From the IMG/VR virus record IMGVR_UViG_3300012007_000007, positions 35,434 through 99,433 of that record: a stretch of 64,000 nucleotides of DNA. The stretch is one strand, 5' to 3'. Positions within the stretch are counted from its first letter, which is position 1. Each line of letters opens with the position of its first letter. Below are positions 1 through 9,355 of the stretch, one piece after another. Made by a program: the position numbers and the translations under genes. The notes under the pieces are model-generated. The model did no database searches. It worked only from the letters and a program-made list of their open reading frames with translations, and was not told the origin of the DNA. This DNA is from a virus (Duplodnaviria; Heunggongvirae; Uroviricota; Caudoviricetes).

Positions 1-124
1 GTTCGGAGGTTTCCGGGCAAGAAGGCAATCAGAGCACTGCATACTCGCTATGGAGTAAAAGTAGTCTGTGAAATTGAAGAGTATACCAAGAACAAGTACT
101 TGGCCATATCCAGGGAAGAGAATT

Positions 125-577
125 ATGGAAAGTAGCTACGTCATAGCGGCATCCGCAGCCGTGCTGATACTGGCAATGCTGGCCATAGTGCATGTCCGCC
201 GGAAGAACCGGGAGGACCGAATCATCATGCCGTTCACCGCGGAGGACTTCCGGGAGCTCGGCCATGCGTCCAGGAACCACCAGACCAAGCTGCAGCTGCA
301 GAAGCTGTACCGTAAGGTGAAGCACGAGATAAAGAGTGCAGCCAACGACGGCAACTTCAGCACCGTCGTCCACATATCGAAATCATTGCCCAAGAAGTAC
401 GGGAACGACTTCAGCAAGGAATTCGTCCGTCCATTCAGGAAGCGCCTGGAGGACGAGGGGTTCACCGTGGAGTTCCTGGCAAAGGGCACGCTATACATGC
501 AGCAGAACTACAATTCGACCCCGGCATTCAGGATTTCCTGGGAATCGGGCGAGGAGGAGAACGATGGCGAGGATTAA
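125..577 (+). CDS. hypothetical protein with N-terminal TM helix; small phage IxxAAxxG-type family
   Basis: ORF 68..577, likely ATG at 125; hydrophobic N-terminus; resembles the N-terminal part of 2400..3674 and 56930..57190. Confidence 0.6.
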   Translation: MESSYVIAASAAVLILAMLAIVHVRRKNREDRIIMPFTAEDFRELGHASRNHQTKLQLQKLYRKVKHEIKSAANDGNFSTVVHISKSLPKKYGNDFSKEFVRPFRKRLEDEGFTVEFLAKGTLYMQQNYNSTPAFRISWESGEEENDGED

Positions 578-1907
578 CCTTAAAACAATAACAATCGACC
601 ACCTGCTCAGCGTCTCCACGGACGACTACCTGAGGGAGACCCTGGCTAACGGTGACAGAGACCAGGCATCCGAAGCATGTCGCGCCATGCTTGCCGTGGC
701 GGACAATGCCGACATAGTGAAGCTCGCAAGGGAAAGAATCTTCTTCGCCTGGGACCACCGGGATGCAACCGAGGTGTCCGTCAGGTACTACCTGGAACCC
801 AGGGACCTCTTATCCAACCAGAACTGCGGACCTACCGTAGGTCCCCGGTTCCTCGACCGTCACGTCGCATATCCAGGTTGCGAAGTCAGCTTCCATGACG
901 GAAATGCCCTTACGGCGGAAGAGCTCAATCTGGCAAACAGCGTCGAGGTGGCCAGGGTATCCAGCAAGCAAATCAGGTTCAAGCCGACATTCGCAGTAAG
1001 CAGGCCTGACTACAGGGAATACAAGTCCGATGCGGACCAGCCCTACTACGGGAACTTCCGCATCGCCACTATGTACAGCACGTCCACGCCCAACCTTGCC
1101 CGTCTGACCGACTTGGCCATGGAAGGCAAGGAACGGTACCTGTCGTCGCACAACAAGATGCTGCGCAGGGTAATCGGGCTCCGCTTCATGCATGCGGCCA
1201 ATCTCCCGGGAACATCCGGGGGGCACGGGAGGAAGGTGCAGGACTTCTACCGGGCTTTCATCAAGAATACCGTAAGAGAACTGAGCAGATTCGAGTTGTC
1301 CATAACGCCGCTCCGGTTCCGCCTCGGCAAGCACGAGCTATACACCATGAAATTCATGGGGGCGTACTACGTCCATGTCAGCGGTGCTCCCGGATGCTTC
1401 GTGCATTTCCCGGAAGAAATTGAGGGCGTTCAAGGGGGCACTTACGAGTTCAACAAGGACACAACATTCGACACCTTCCGCAGGTTCCTCGAGTTCGCCA
1501 ACAGGGCGGACAGCCTTTGCGAACACATGAACCGGGCAAGCATGAGCGCAGTGTTCGAGGCGTTCGTCGTCCGAGGCATAACGGTGAACGTAGGCGCCTT
1601 CGGGGAGTTGCACGGAAAGGACACCGTAAGCGAGATTCTGTCCATTACGCCGGACAGGGAAAAGAAGTACGGATGGACCATGAGGAAATATGCCTGCACT
1701 GTCGAAGGCCATCCGGTAAGGGTATGCTACGGCAAGGGAGAAGCGGGTGCATTCCTCATGCCAAGGCCGCTGAATTCAAACCTGGTCGCCCTAATGGATT
1801 CAATATGCGGCACCCCGGAACCTCCGGGAGGAATCCGGGCACGCTACCGCAGGCTCGCCGCGACAGACAACTTCCGCGACCTCTACGAGGGACAGACGAC
1901 TGCATGA
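564..1907 (+). CDS. hypothetical protein (~447 aa)
   Basis: long ORF; GGAG RBS before ATG 564; ATGA-coupled to next gene. Confidence 0.7.
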   Translation: MARINLKTITIDHLLSVSTDDYLRETLANGDRDQASEACRAMLAVADNADIVKLARERIFFAWDHRDATEVSVRYYLEPRDLLSNQNCGPTVGPRFLDRHVAYPGCEVSFHDGNALTAEELNLANSVEVARVSSKQIRFKPTFAVSRPDYREYKSDADQPYYGNFRIATMYSTSTPNLARLTDLAMEGKERYLSSHNKMLRRVIGLRFMHAANLPGTSGGHGRKVQDFYRAFIKNTVRELSRFELSITPLRFRLGKHELYTMKFMGAYYVHVSGAPGCFVHFPEEIEGVQGGTYEFNKDTTFDTFRRFLEFANRADSLCEHMNRASMSAVFEAFVVRGITVNVGAFGELHGKDTVSEILSITPDREKKYGWTMRKYACTVEGHPVRVCYGKGEAGAFLMPRPLNSNLVALMDSICGTPEPPGGIRARYRRLAATDNFRDLYEGQTTA

Positions 1908-2305
1908 GAACGTTGCTTGACATACTGAAGTCGGCATCGCTGTACCGGTGCTTCTACCTGGCCATATGCATATGGTTCGTCAGGCGCATGCTGCGCAAGC
2001 TGATGCCGGAATCAGGCAACTATCTCCACCTGTACGTGGACGACTGCAGCAGGAAGGGTTTCCGGTTCAATATACACATGGCATCGGCCAGGTACCGTTC
2101 GATACTCGACCCCATGAACATAAAGCTGGACCGCCTCGGCTGGAAAGGCTGCATATGCATGGGCGAATTGGATAACGGCTTGCCGAACCTTGACATCAGC
2201 TCACCTATGCTACGGGAATATTTATCCTCGCAGGAAATATTCGAACTGGAGACCGCATACGATGGAATCAGCAAGAAACTATTCTCGAAGGAATACCGCC
2301 CATGA
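1904..2305 (+). CDS. hypothetical protein, divergent member of the AAYIAIALHFLRK leader family
   Basis: FYLAICIWFVRRMLRKL segment; ATGA overlaps on both sides. Confidence 0.6.
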   Translation: MRTLLDILKSASLYRCFYLAICIWFVRRMLRKLMPESGNYLHLYVDDCSRKGFRFNIHMASARYRSILDPMNIKLDRLGWKGCICMGELDNGLPNLDISSPMLREYLSSQEIFELETAYDGISKKLFSKEYRP

Positions 2306-2388
2306 ACGACATGGATGGCATTCTGGCAAAGCTGGCCATCGCGGTCACGACAATCGCACTGATAGCCGCAATCCACATCTGGTTTTAA
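2302..2388 (+). CDS. small membrane peptide (28 aa)
   Basis: MNDMDGILAKLAIAVTTIALIAAIHIWF; ATGA-coupled; not in the ORF track. Confidence 0.5.
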   Translation: MNDMDGILAKLAIAVTTIALIAAIHIWF

Positions 2389-2399
2389 GGAGAAAACGC

Positions 2400-3674
2400 A
2401 TGTCCGAACTTATTGAAGATACAATAATACCGAGCGCCGACGAAACGCTGAAGGTTACACTCAGAAAGATTACCAACGAAATCGTCTCAAGAATCCGTGA
2501 GGCTTCAGCCAACAGCCACATGCACGTCGACCTGCTAGACACCGGTGACAGGTTCCTCGATGCGGAAATCGACTACCTGCTATTGAAGCTGGCCGATTAC
2601 GGGTATACCTGCGAAAGGATAGTTACTGACGAGGGAAAGGAGGCTGTCCGAATATCCTGGTACAAGGTGTCGAATATCAAGCTGGACATCTCGACGGACC
2701 TCCCGTTCGGCAAGCAGGAACCCAGGAAATGTTCCGTGGTCGACAGGCTCAATCGGCTGGCCGACTGTTCCCTTGTCGGCCCAGTCGAACCTGTGGGCGT
2801 CAGTTCTGAACTTATCGACGATTGGCGTTTCTTCGACACCCTAATCAGGACAAATATCGAGGAGAAGCTCAGGTATCTCCCCAACTGGTCGCAGGGTCTA
2901 AACGACCACCAGATGGAAGTCGTACGTTTCTGGACCAGGAAAAAGGTGTGGGAACGTCTCCATGACAATCTTCGCGATGCCGTATCCGGTCTGTTCAAGT
3001 CCGATAACATAGGTCTAAGAGCAAACGACAGCGGGTTCATTTGTTCCTTCATCGGGAAGAACACCAAGAAACTGCTGAAAACTTACCTAAGGGCAATCCG
3101 ATACACCGAGACTGGACCGTTCGCCGAAGGGAAGGCACCAACCCTTCCGGTCCAAGTGGACAACATGGACTGCATATATGCATGGCAATACCCGAAGGTA
3201 GACGAGCTGGTTGAGCAAATCAACTACCTGACGGCATACAAGCTGTTCTTCGGGAAGGAGGACAAGTGGTTCCCGGGAAGTACCGAGTTCATCAAGGTAG
3301 TAAAGCGCTTCAACATGTATCCAACGGGACGATTCATCGAAGACAATATGGTACGACTGTGCCAGCTTCTCGGCAGCCTGTGCCATCGGACCGTACGATT
3401 TATACGGAAGGGGGATATGGTGCATCGCTGGACGAACGATGAATGCTGGAAGTCGTTGGAATCGGCTATGCACCATAGACTGATGGACCGAATTGCCATA
3501 CCAGATGAACAGGCGAATGGAAAATTCATTCAGCTGGCATATGAAAAGCTAACCAAGCGCGATGCTTGGTCAGTCTCGGATAAGACCAAGTGGGATACCG
3601 TTAAGGAAGTGATGCGTCTAGTCAGGGAGTCAGCAATAGAAGCTGTGTACCAGACAAGGACCACAATGCCGTAA
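2400..3674 (+). CDS. hypothetical protein (~424 aa)
   Basis: AAGGAG RBS, ATG 2400, long ORF. Confidence 0.7.
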   Translation: MSELIEDTIIPSADETLKVTLRKITNEIVSRIREASANSHMHVDLLDTGDRFLDAEIDYLLLKLADYGYTCERIVTDEGKEAVRISWYKVSNIKLDISTDLPFGKQEPRKCSVVDRLNRLADCSLVGPVEPVGVSSELIDDWRFFDTLIRTNIEEKLRYLPNWSQGLNDHQMEVVRFWTRKKVWERLHDNLRDAVSGLFKSDNIGLRANDSGFICSFIGKNTKKLLKTYLRAIRYTETGPFAEGKAPTLPVQVDNMDCIYAWQYPKVDELVEQINYLTAYKLFFGKEDKWFPGSTEFIKVVKRFNMYPTGRFIEDNMVRLCQLLGSLCHRTVRFIRKGDMVHRWTNDECWKSLESAMHHRLMDRIAIPDEQANGKFIQLAYEKLTKRDAWSVSDKTKWDTVKEVMRLVRESAIEAVYQTRTTMP

Positions 3675-3683
3675 CCTACGCGC

Positions 3684-4028
3684 TCATTTCAGGTTTGCCC
3701 GTATCGTATTAACGTAGCGGCCGGCCGCATACTTTCCATAATCGGCAGCATCCTGCAAAACGATGTATTTCTCGTACATCTTCCTGGCCCGTTTCCGGTC
3801 ATTCCCGGAAACGGCCTTTCTGGTTTTCGTGTAATAATTAAGGTCGTCGACTATACAGTCGTATTCCAGCTTGCTATGCTGTCCTGATATTGTTGAGTGT
3901 GACCTCGACGTACCTTGCCGCCACTTTCGGCCGGCAGGCGAAGTCGATACGGATAACTTCCTGGCCAGCTTCCGCAACATGTGTATCGCGATAGATACGT
4001 ATATTGCTATCCTCAAGTTTCTGGACAT
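3684..4028 (-). CDS. leader-family paralog
   Basis: MSRNLRIAIYVSIAIHMLRKL. Confidence 0.6.
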   Translation of the reverse strand: MSRNLRIAIYVSIAIHMLRKLARKLSVSTSPAGRKWRQGTSRSHSTISGQHSKLEYDCIVDDLNYYTKTRKAVSGNDRKRARKMYEKYIVLQDAADYGKYAAGRYVNTIRANLK

Positions 4029-4245
4029 GCATCATCTCCGCTAGTATCTGCCGGTCTATCTCATCCTGCACTTCGTGCTGGAGCCCTTCCAGCAAAAGCT
4101 TCTTCAAGTGTTCACCCTGGGGGTCTCCAGGTTTCATCAGGTCGTTGTGGCACGGGACTGGTTTTGCCGCATGTTCCTTGTGCAGTATCTTCCTGAGGAA
4201 GTACAGTACCATCGACACATATATGGCATATCTTATCGATTTCAT
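3874..4245 (-). CDS. leader-family paralog (overlaps neighbour by 155 nt)
   Basis: MKSIRYAIYVSMVLYFLRKIL. Confidence 0.55.
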   Translation of the reverse strand: MKSIRYAIYVSMVLYFLRKILHKEHAAKPVPCHNDLMKPGDPQGEHLKKLLLEGLQHEVQDEIDRQILAEMMHVQKLEDSNIRIYRDTHVAEAGQEVIRIDFACRPKVAARYVEVTLNNIRTA

Positions 4246-4556
4246 TTGGTCGACCGGAAAAGTACTTTATGGCTGGAATAGAACTCGGCTTGCTTAATGA
4301 TTGGATTTTGACGGCGTCGCTCGGCAAGTTCTTCGCATATTCTATACGCATCTGCCGATTCCATCAAGCCAGGTGGGACCCCCATCTCCTTGTACACGTA
4401 TTTTCTGAAGAATGCGAAGTCATCGCAGCACATCCTCAGTGTGCTGTATTTGTCCTTCCCTGGCGCTCGCTCGTCACGAGCAAAAGCCTTCCCGAGGACC
4501 TTCCTCAGGAAATGCAGTACCAACGCAAGATACACAGCATGCATAATTGGCTTCAT
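4242..4556 (-). CDS. leader-family paralog
   Basis: MKPIMHAVYLALVLHFLRKVL. Confidence 0.6.
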   Translation of the reverse strand: MKPIMHAVYLALVLHFLRKVLGKAFARDERAPGKDKYSTLRMCCDDFAFFRKYVYKEMGVPPGLMESADAYRICEELAERRRQNPIIKQAEFYSSHKVLFRSTK

Positions 4557-4915
4557 TCGGACCACCGCTTGCTATTGATGCCGTCCGGGCATGTATTGAT
4601 GACGTACGGGCATTGCATGACGCCTTCTCCCAAGATAGACGGTGTCAGTTCCCGGTCACGGTACCTGTTGTACTTGGATATTGCCAAGTCGTAACGTGCC
4701 AAATCTTCGGGCCTTATTTCCACAACCCAGCGCATGTCCTTCCCGGGTACCCGCCCGTCACGCGCAAAAACCTTCCCGAAAATCTTTCTCAGGAAGTGCA
4801 GCGCGATTGCGGCGTATATTGCGTACCGTAGTTCGGCAACTACATGGTCTTCAGGGCGAAAAGCCATTCCAGGTTGTTCCCGATGAACATCAACTCCTCG
4901 CGCCTGGTGCCACAC
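4553..4915 (-). CDS. leader-family paralog, start uncertain
   Basis: AELRYAIYAAIALHFLRKIF; no clear ATG at the motif. Confidence 0.45.
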   Translation of the reverse strand: MWHQARGVDVHREQPGMAFRPEDHVVAELRYAIYAAIALHFLRKIFGKVFARDGRVPGKDMRWVVEIRPEDLARYDLAISKYNRYRDRELTPSILGEGVMQCPYVINTCPDGINSKRWSE

Positions 4916-5211
4916 GGGATTCCCTGCGCATTCTTGTTGACGAGCGAATTGATGTTGAGGGTAAGTTCCGGCGTCCTGTTCTTATGGTAGACCACCGTGG
5001 CGGCCATGACCTCGTTGTCGATGATGGCATCCTCCGGCTTGCCGGAACTGGGTGCCAGTACGACCACGCGAACCATCTCTATGGAATCGGGAAGATTGTC
5101 CCGCTTTGTTTTCACAAGGACATGCCCGCGGCTCTTCGCCTTGCTGAAGTAGTTTACGACCCGCTGCTTGGTTTCGGTGTCGATTTCCGGAAGGGTAACT
5201 TGAATGTTCAT
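4840..5211 (-). CDS. hypothetical protein
   Basis: GAGGAACAAC-ATG; 123 aa. Confidence 0.6.
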   Translation of the reverse strand: MNIQVTLPEIDTETKQRVVNYFSKAKSRGHVLVKTKRDNLPDSIEMVRVVVLAPSSGKPEDAIIDNEVMAATVVYHKNRTPELTLNINSLVNKNAQGIPCGTRREELMFIGNNLEWLFALKTM

Positions 5212-5315
5212 GTTGTTCCTCTCTGTTGAAAAAAGTTCCTAGTCCACCAGTCCCACCAGGTAGAACATGGCTCCGACAATAAGCGCCGTCACTGCGCACA
5301 TGATGTATGCAAGCT

Positions 5316-5693
5316 TCATTTCTTCGTCTTCTCTGCTATTTTACGTTCCGTCCGTAGGGTCTGCCTCACGAAAAGCTCGCTTGGATTGGTTATTACCCTC
5401 TGCAGGCCGCCATTCACGCGGTTACAGTCGAAGGTTATCACGCCAACGTCGGATACATGCAACGCGATGTCACCGAGACATATGAACAGGGAATCGTCAA
5501 TCTTGACGTATGAGCGTTCCACCGTATGGGTATCGAGGCTGTCCGGGTCACCGGTAATGGCCTCATTCTGGTCATTCGATGACGGAATCTCCCGGTTTCC
5601 CGGGAGGTAGAATATGGTCACCAGTATCAGCCATCCGATGAAGGCCAACGCGAAAGCCAGGATTCCCCAGGCAACCGACCGTTCAATCCGCAT
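5316..5693 (-). CDS. hypothetical membrane-anchored protein
   Basis: N-terminal TM helix; GGAGG RBS. Confidence 0.6.
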   Translation of the reverse strand: MRIERSVAWGILAFALAFIGWLILVTIFYLPGNREIPSSNDQNEAITGDPDSLDTHTVERSYVKIDDSLFICLGDIALHVSDVGVITFDCNRVNGGLQRVITNPSELFVRQTLRTERKIAEKTKK

Positions 5694-6438
5694 CTGTCCT
5701 CCTGCGCTTGACCATCATCACGACCCAGTCGCTGGGCAGCATGTCCATCTTGCCCTTGTTGTCCACGTAAACCAATGAATCGCCGTACTTGTGCAGCTTC
5801 ATCATGAGCACCACCGGGTAATGCCTGCGGAATTTCCCGGTATACACCATGGCCTGCACCGGCTTCTGCTCCACTCCGCCAGATACCATCGCCTGGATGC
5901 TTCGTGTGATATCGTTGTATATCCTCGGGTGGCGCCGCATCGTCTGGTACACGTACCGGGTGAACGAGTCGAGTACCTTCCCGTGTGAATCCTTCTTGAA
6001 CCGGCGAATCACCTCGTCGCAATCCGTCCACACGAACCAGTTCGCCAGGTTTCCGATATCCTTGCTGTATCCGGGCAAATCTGACTTATTGTCCATGCTT
6101 CCGCAGGTCATGTGCGTACGGCACATGCAGAAATTCTCATACAGCTCAATCACGAGCTCGTAGAACCTGACCTTGTCTATGGTCTTCCGGGAATACCTGT
6201 CATAGTCCCTCTTGAACACCCGGTACAGCCTGTCCGTGTTCAACCCGCCATACTTCCCGAGTATGAGGTCCCCATGGCCAGCCAGGTTCTTTATCTTGTC
6301 CAGCTGGACCAATTTGCCCCTCATGACATACTTGATATGCCTAAGGTTACGCACTGCGTCCTTGTGGGTGCTCGCCCCGTGGCTTACCAGGTAGTCAACG
6401 GCCCGCTGGATATTGTACAGACTATTCTTGCTTCGCAT
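5683..6438 (-). CDS. hypothetical protein, likely leaderless mRNA
   Basis: 251 aa; ATG 4 nt after the TATATTTA promoter element. Confidence 0.65.
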   Translation of the reverse strand: MRSKNSLYNIQRAVDYLVSHGASTHKDAVRNLRHIKYVMRGKLVQLDKIKNLAGHGDLILGKYGGLNTDRLYRVFKRDYDRYSRKTIDKVRFYELVIELYENFCMCRTHMTCGSMDNKSDLPGYSKDIGNLANWFVWTDCDEVIRRFKKDSHGKVLDSFTRYVYQTMRRHPRIYNDITRSIQAMVSGGVEQKPVQAMVYTGKFRRHYPVVLMMKLHKYGDSLVYVDNKGKMDMLPSDWVVMMVKRRRTDAD

Positions 6439-6471
6439 GTCATAAATATAGCAAAAAGTGCATAAACTGAC

Positions 6472-7922
6472 GAACCGGCGGTCGCAAGCTCACGCCCTTT
6501 AGGGCGTGGGTAAGACCCGCCGTATTAAATGTAAGAAATAAATAAGTTTCTAGCATACGAATTATTTGTATATTTATTGAGTAAAACTACTAAACTATAA
6601 GTGTAGTAAAAAACTTATTATGGAACTTGTAAGAAGCGAAGATACGAAGGCGAAGATTAAGGCGAGCATGGCTGAGACGCATGCCCGTCGTAAGTCGCAG
6701 ATATGCCGTGTCTTCGAGCTTAAAGTCTCCATACGGCACAACCCGAAAGAGACCTTCCAGAAACTGGCCCAATGTTTCAAGGAGGCGAAGTGGGTAATCA
6801 ACGACATGCTGTCTCTGTCCAAGGACAATCCCGACAACAGCATGTTCGACTACAAGTACACCGAGCACAAGGATGTAGTCCACTACGACAAGGACAAGAA
6901 CCCGGTCACATCAACAATAACCTTGCCATCTGTTCTACATAGAGCTACAGTGGCCCAGAAGAAGACCGACATTGTCAACCTCGCCAAGGCCAAGAAGAAA
7001 GGCATCAAGGTCGGCGCGTTGAAATTCAAGTCAGCGGTAAACTGCATCCCCATCATTACGGGTTTCACGAAGATTTTGGATGCAAGCCATATCACAGTTC
7101 CCGGTTTCAGGAAGCTGAAGGTGAACGGCTTGCACCAGATAGAGTTTGAGGAATACGAGATAGCCGACGCCAAGCTAATCCGCAAGGCATCCGGTTATTA
7201 TGTAAAACTCACAATTATGCTGCCGAAGGAACCGAGAAACCGCACTCACAGAAGTGTCGGCCTGGACTTCGGCATCAAGAACACGATAACGACATCGGAC
7301 AACAAGACCTACGATTGCAAAGTGCAAGAAACCGAGTACCTGAAGTACCTGTCAAAGATGTTGAACAGGCACAAGACGCAGAAGGACTCCAAGCGGCGAT
7401 GGAACTGTAGGAAGCAGCTTGCCCGTGAGCATGAACATGTCGCGAATATCCGAAAGGACATCTGCAACAAAATCTACCACGACCTTGTGTCCAACTACGA
7501 TGTCATATACATACAGGACGAGCAAATCAAGAACTGGCACCAGACCTGGTTCGGAAAGCAAGTGCAGCACTCTTGCATGGGAGCCCTTAAACAGCGCATC
7601 AAGATGCTGGTAAAGGCAGACCGTGCATTCGTGTTGTCAAAGTGGATGCCGACGACCAAGATGTGCCCAGCTTGCGGTGCTGTCAATCAGATAGGTTTGG
7701 AGGAACGTACATATCACTGTGATTGCGGTTATACCAAGCCGAGGGACTGGCATTCCGCCTGTAATGTACTCTTGTTTGGCACGACTAAACGTGCTGAGTG
7801 TGTGGAACACGCCTCCGCTGAGGTAGCCGCCTCTATGCCTCCCGGTTATACTGGGTTGGTACAAGTGGCTCCGTCGAAGCGAAAACTAGAAGCTCACCGC
7901 CTTTAGGCGGTGGGTAGTTCAC
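6472..7922 (+). mobile_element. IS200/IS605-family non-autonomous element (TnpB only)
   Basis: left-end hairpin CACGCCC-TTTA-GGGCGTG; right end AGCTCACCGCCTTTAGGCGGTGGGTAGTTCAC; left boundary inferred after TGAC. Confidence 0.8.
6620..7906 (+). CDS. tnpB: TnpB RNA-guided endonuclease
   Basis: RuvC motifs VGLDFG, IQDEQ, RDWHSACN; Zn ribbon CPACG...CDCG. Confidence 0.9.
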   Translation: MELVRSEDTKAKIKASMAETHARRKSQICRVFELKVSIRHNPKETFQKLAQCFKEAKWVINDMLSLSKDNPDNSMFDYKYTEHKDVVHYDKDKNPVTSTITLPSVLHRATVAQKKTDIVNLAKAKKKGIKVGALKFKSAVNCIPIITGFTKILDASHITVPGFRKLKVNGLHQIEFEEYEIADAKLIRKASGYYVKLTIMLPKEPRNRTHRSVGLDFGIKNTITTSDNKTYDCKVQETEYLKYLSKMLNRHKTQKDSKRRWNCRKQLAREHEHVANIRKDICNKIYHDLVSNYDVIYIQDEQIKNWHQTWFGKQVQHSCMGALKQRIKMLVKADRAFVLSKWMPTTKMCPACGAVNQIGLEERTYHCDCGYTKPRDWHSACNVLLFGTTKRAECVEHASAEVAASMPPGYTGLVQVAPSKRKLEAHRL

Positions 7923-7925
7923 GAA

Positions 7926-8918
7926 ATGGAGAGCGAAATGACAGACTTCATATCATCACTGGAAGACTCCGGTATACCGGAAACCATGCTCGAGGCCACC
8001 CGGAACGCCTTCGGGACCATGTTCGGCCTCCCGGAACCGCCTGTCCACACGGCGAACATCGTCCAGTGGATTGTGTCGGAGTCCGCGCTCCCCATGACCC
8101 AGGTGGACAACTACGTCAGGTCCATGAAGAAAAGCGACCTGGTGAAAAGGGCATCCAACGGCGACTACATCGCCAGGGCCACCCTGATGAAGCGGATTGG
8201 AGATGCCCTTGGCATTCCCGTGTTCGAGAAGGCGAATACCGTGGAAGAGATAATGGACGCGGCCAGGAAGAACCGGGAGCGGCCTACGGACGAAGCGGCG
8301 GAAATCCACGGAAACCCATTGATAGAGACAGTATGCTACCGGGAGGGGCATAAGAATTCCAAAGGCGAACCTGCTCCATGGGTTATTGTATCGCACAAGA
8401 CCGGCAAGATTCTCTCCTCCCACAAGTCCGAGAAGAAGGCGAAGGAGCACCTCCGCCAGATGGAATACTACAAGAACCTGAAGGAATCCGCGGATTTCCC
8501 GGGAAATCCGCTCATGGAGGGCCACTTCGACGACCCGAAGATGGAGAAGGCCATAGGCACCGCCTGCAGGATAGCCGGCGTGGACGACGAGGGCGACCTT
8601 TCCGACGGAAACCACACGTTCAACGACCTGTACCACCAGCGCTGCATGCTCTTCGCCACCCTGGTAAACATGTTCCCGGAAATCTCCTGGAAGACCAAGA
8701 GGCACGACGACGGGGAACTCTGCTTCGGCGGGAAGAACTTCCTTGTCTGCATCGACACTCCCGCAGGACCCTACTCCTACCATTATCCTTTAGAGGACTG
8801 GGACAGGTTCAACTGCCAGGAAATCGAGAAGGCGAAGCCATTCGATGGGCATACGGACAAGGACGTCGAGCGTCTGCTCAGCCTTGTTGACCTTAAAAGT
8901 AAAGGAGGCAAAACATGA
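7926..8918 (+). CDS. modular hypothetical protein with repeated GNPLxE motifs; C-terminal phage domain ending FDGH
   Basis: GNPLIE and GNPLME separate distinct segments. Confidence 0.6.
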   Translation: MESEMTDFISSLEDSGIPETMLEATRNAFGTMFGLPEPPVHTANIVQWIVSESALPMTQVDNYVRSMKKSDLVKRASNGDYIARATLMKRIGDALGIPVFEKANTVEEIMDAARKNRERPTDEAAEIHGNPLIETVCYREGHKNSKGEPAPWVIVSHKTGKILSSHKSEKKAKEHLRQMEYYKNLKESADFPGNPLMEGHFDDPKMEKAIGTACRIAGVDDEGDLSDGNHTFNDLYHQRCMLFATLVNMFPEISWKTKRHDDGELCFGGKNFLVCIDTPAGPYSYHYPLEDWDRFNCQEIEKAKPFDGHTDKDVERLLSLVDLKSKGGKT

Positions 8919-9355
8919 CAAAGGCCGAACTGTACGAGGAATTCCACAGGATTCACCGGGAGCTATCCCCGTCCGAGCTGGAAGCGCTCACTGACAGGAA
9001 CTACATACAGGGCAGGGCGATGCGGTTCCGCAGGAAGAACATCCTTTCGCACCTATACGCATGGCTCGCCGGCGGCAGCATCGGTTGGAAAATCAGGAAG
9101 GTCGCCTGCTTCAGGTCCAGGCTGTTGTCAAGGCTGGATGCCTGGATTATAGACCGCGCCGACTGGAAGGTGTCCGACGCCAAGGACCTGTGGGCAATCA
9201 GCGCCAGGAAATTCCGCAAGTACTTCAAGACGCAGGCCAAGGCAACCCGGTACATGTCCAAGGAACGCGCGGCCATGTTCGTTAGGGACCGGTACCTGGA
9301 CTGGCTCGGGAACCGCACGGTCAACTCCTGGTTCGATAGTTTCCAATTTCAATGA
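8915..9355 (+). CDS. hypothetical protein, C-terminus possibly altered by the adjacent IS
   Basis: AAGGAGG RBS; ends at the presumed IS end. Confidence 0.6.
   Translation: MTKAELYEEFHRIHRELSPSELEALTDRNYIQGRAMRFRRKNILSHLYAWLAGGSIGWKIRKVACFRSRLLSRLDAWIIDRADWKVSDAKDLWAISARKFRKYFKTQAKATRYMSKERAAMFVRDRYLDWLGNRTVNSWFDSFQFQ

Noticed and set aside
3874-4100. Resemblance to capsid (EIDRQIL) and tail sheath C-terminal motifs
   Set aside because: Too short to support by eye.
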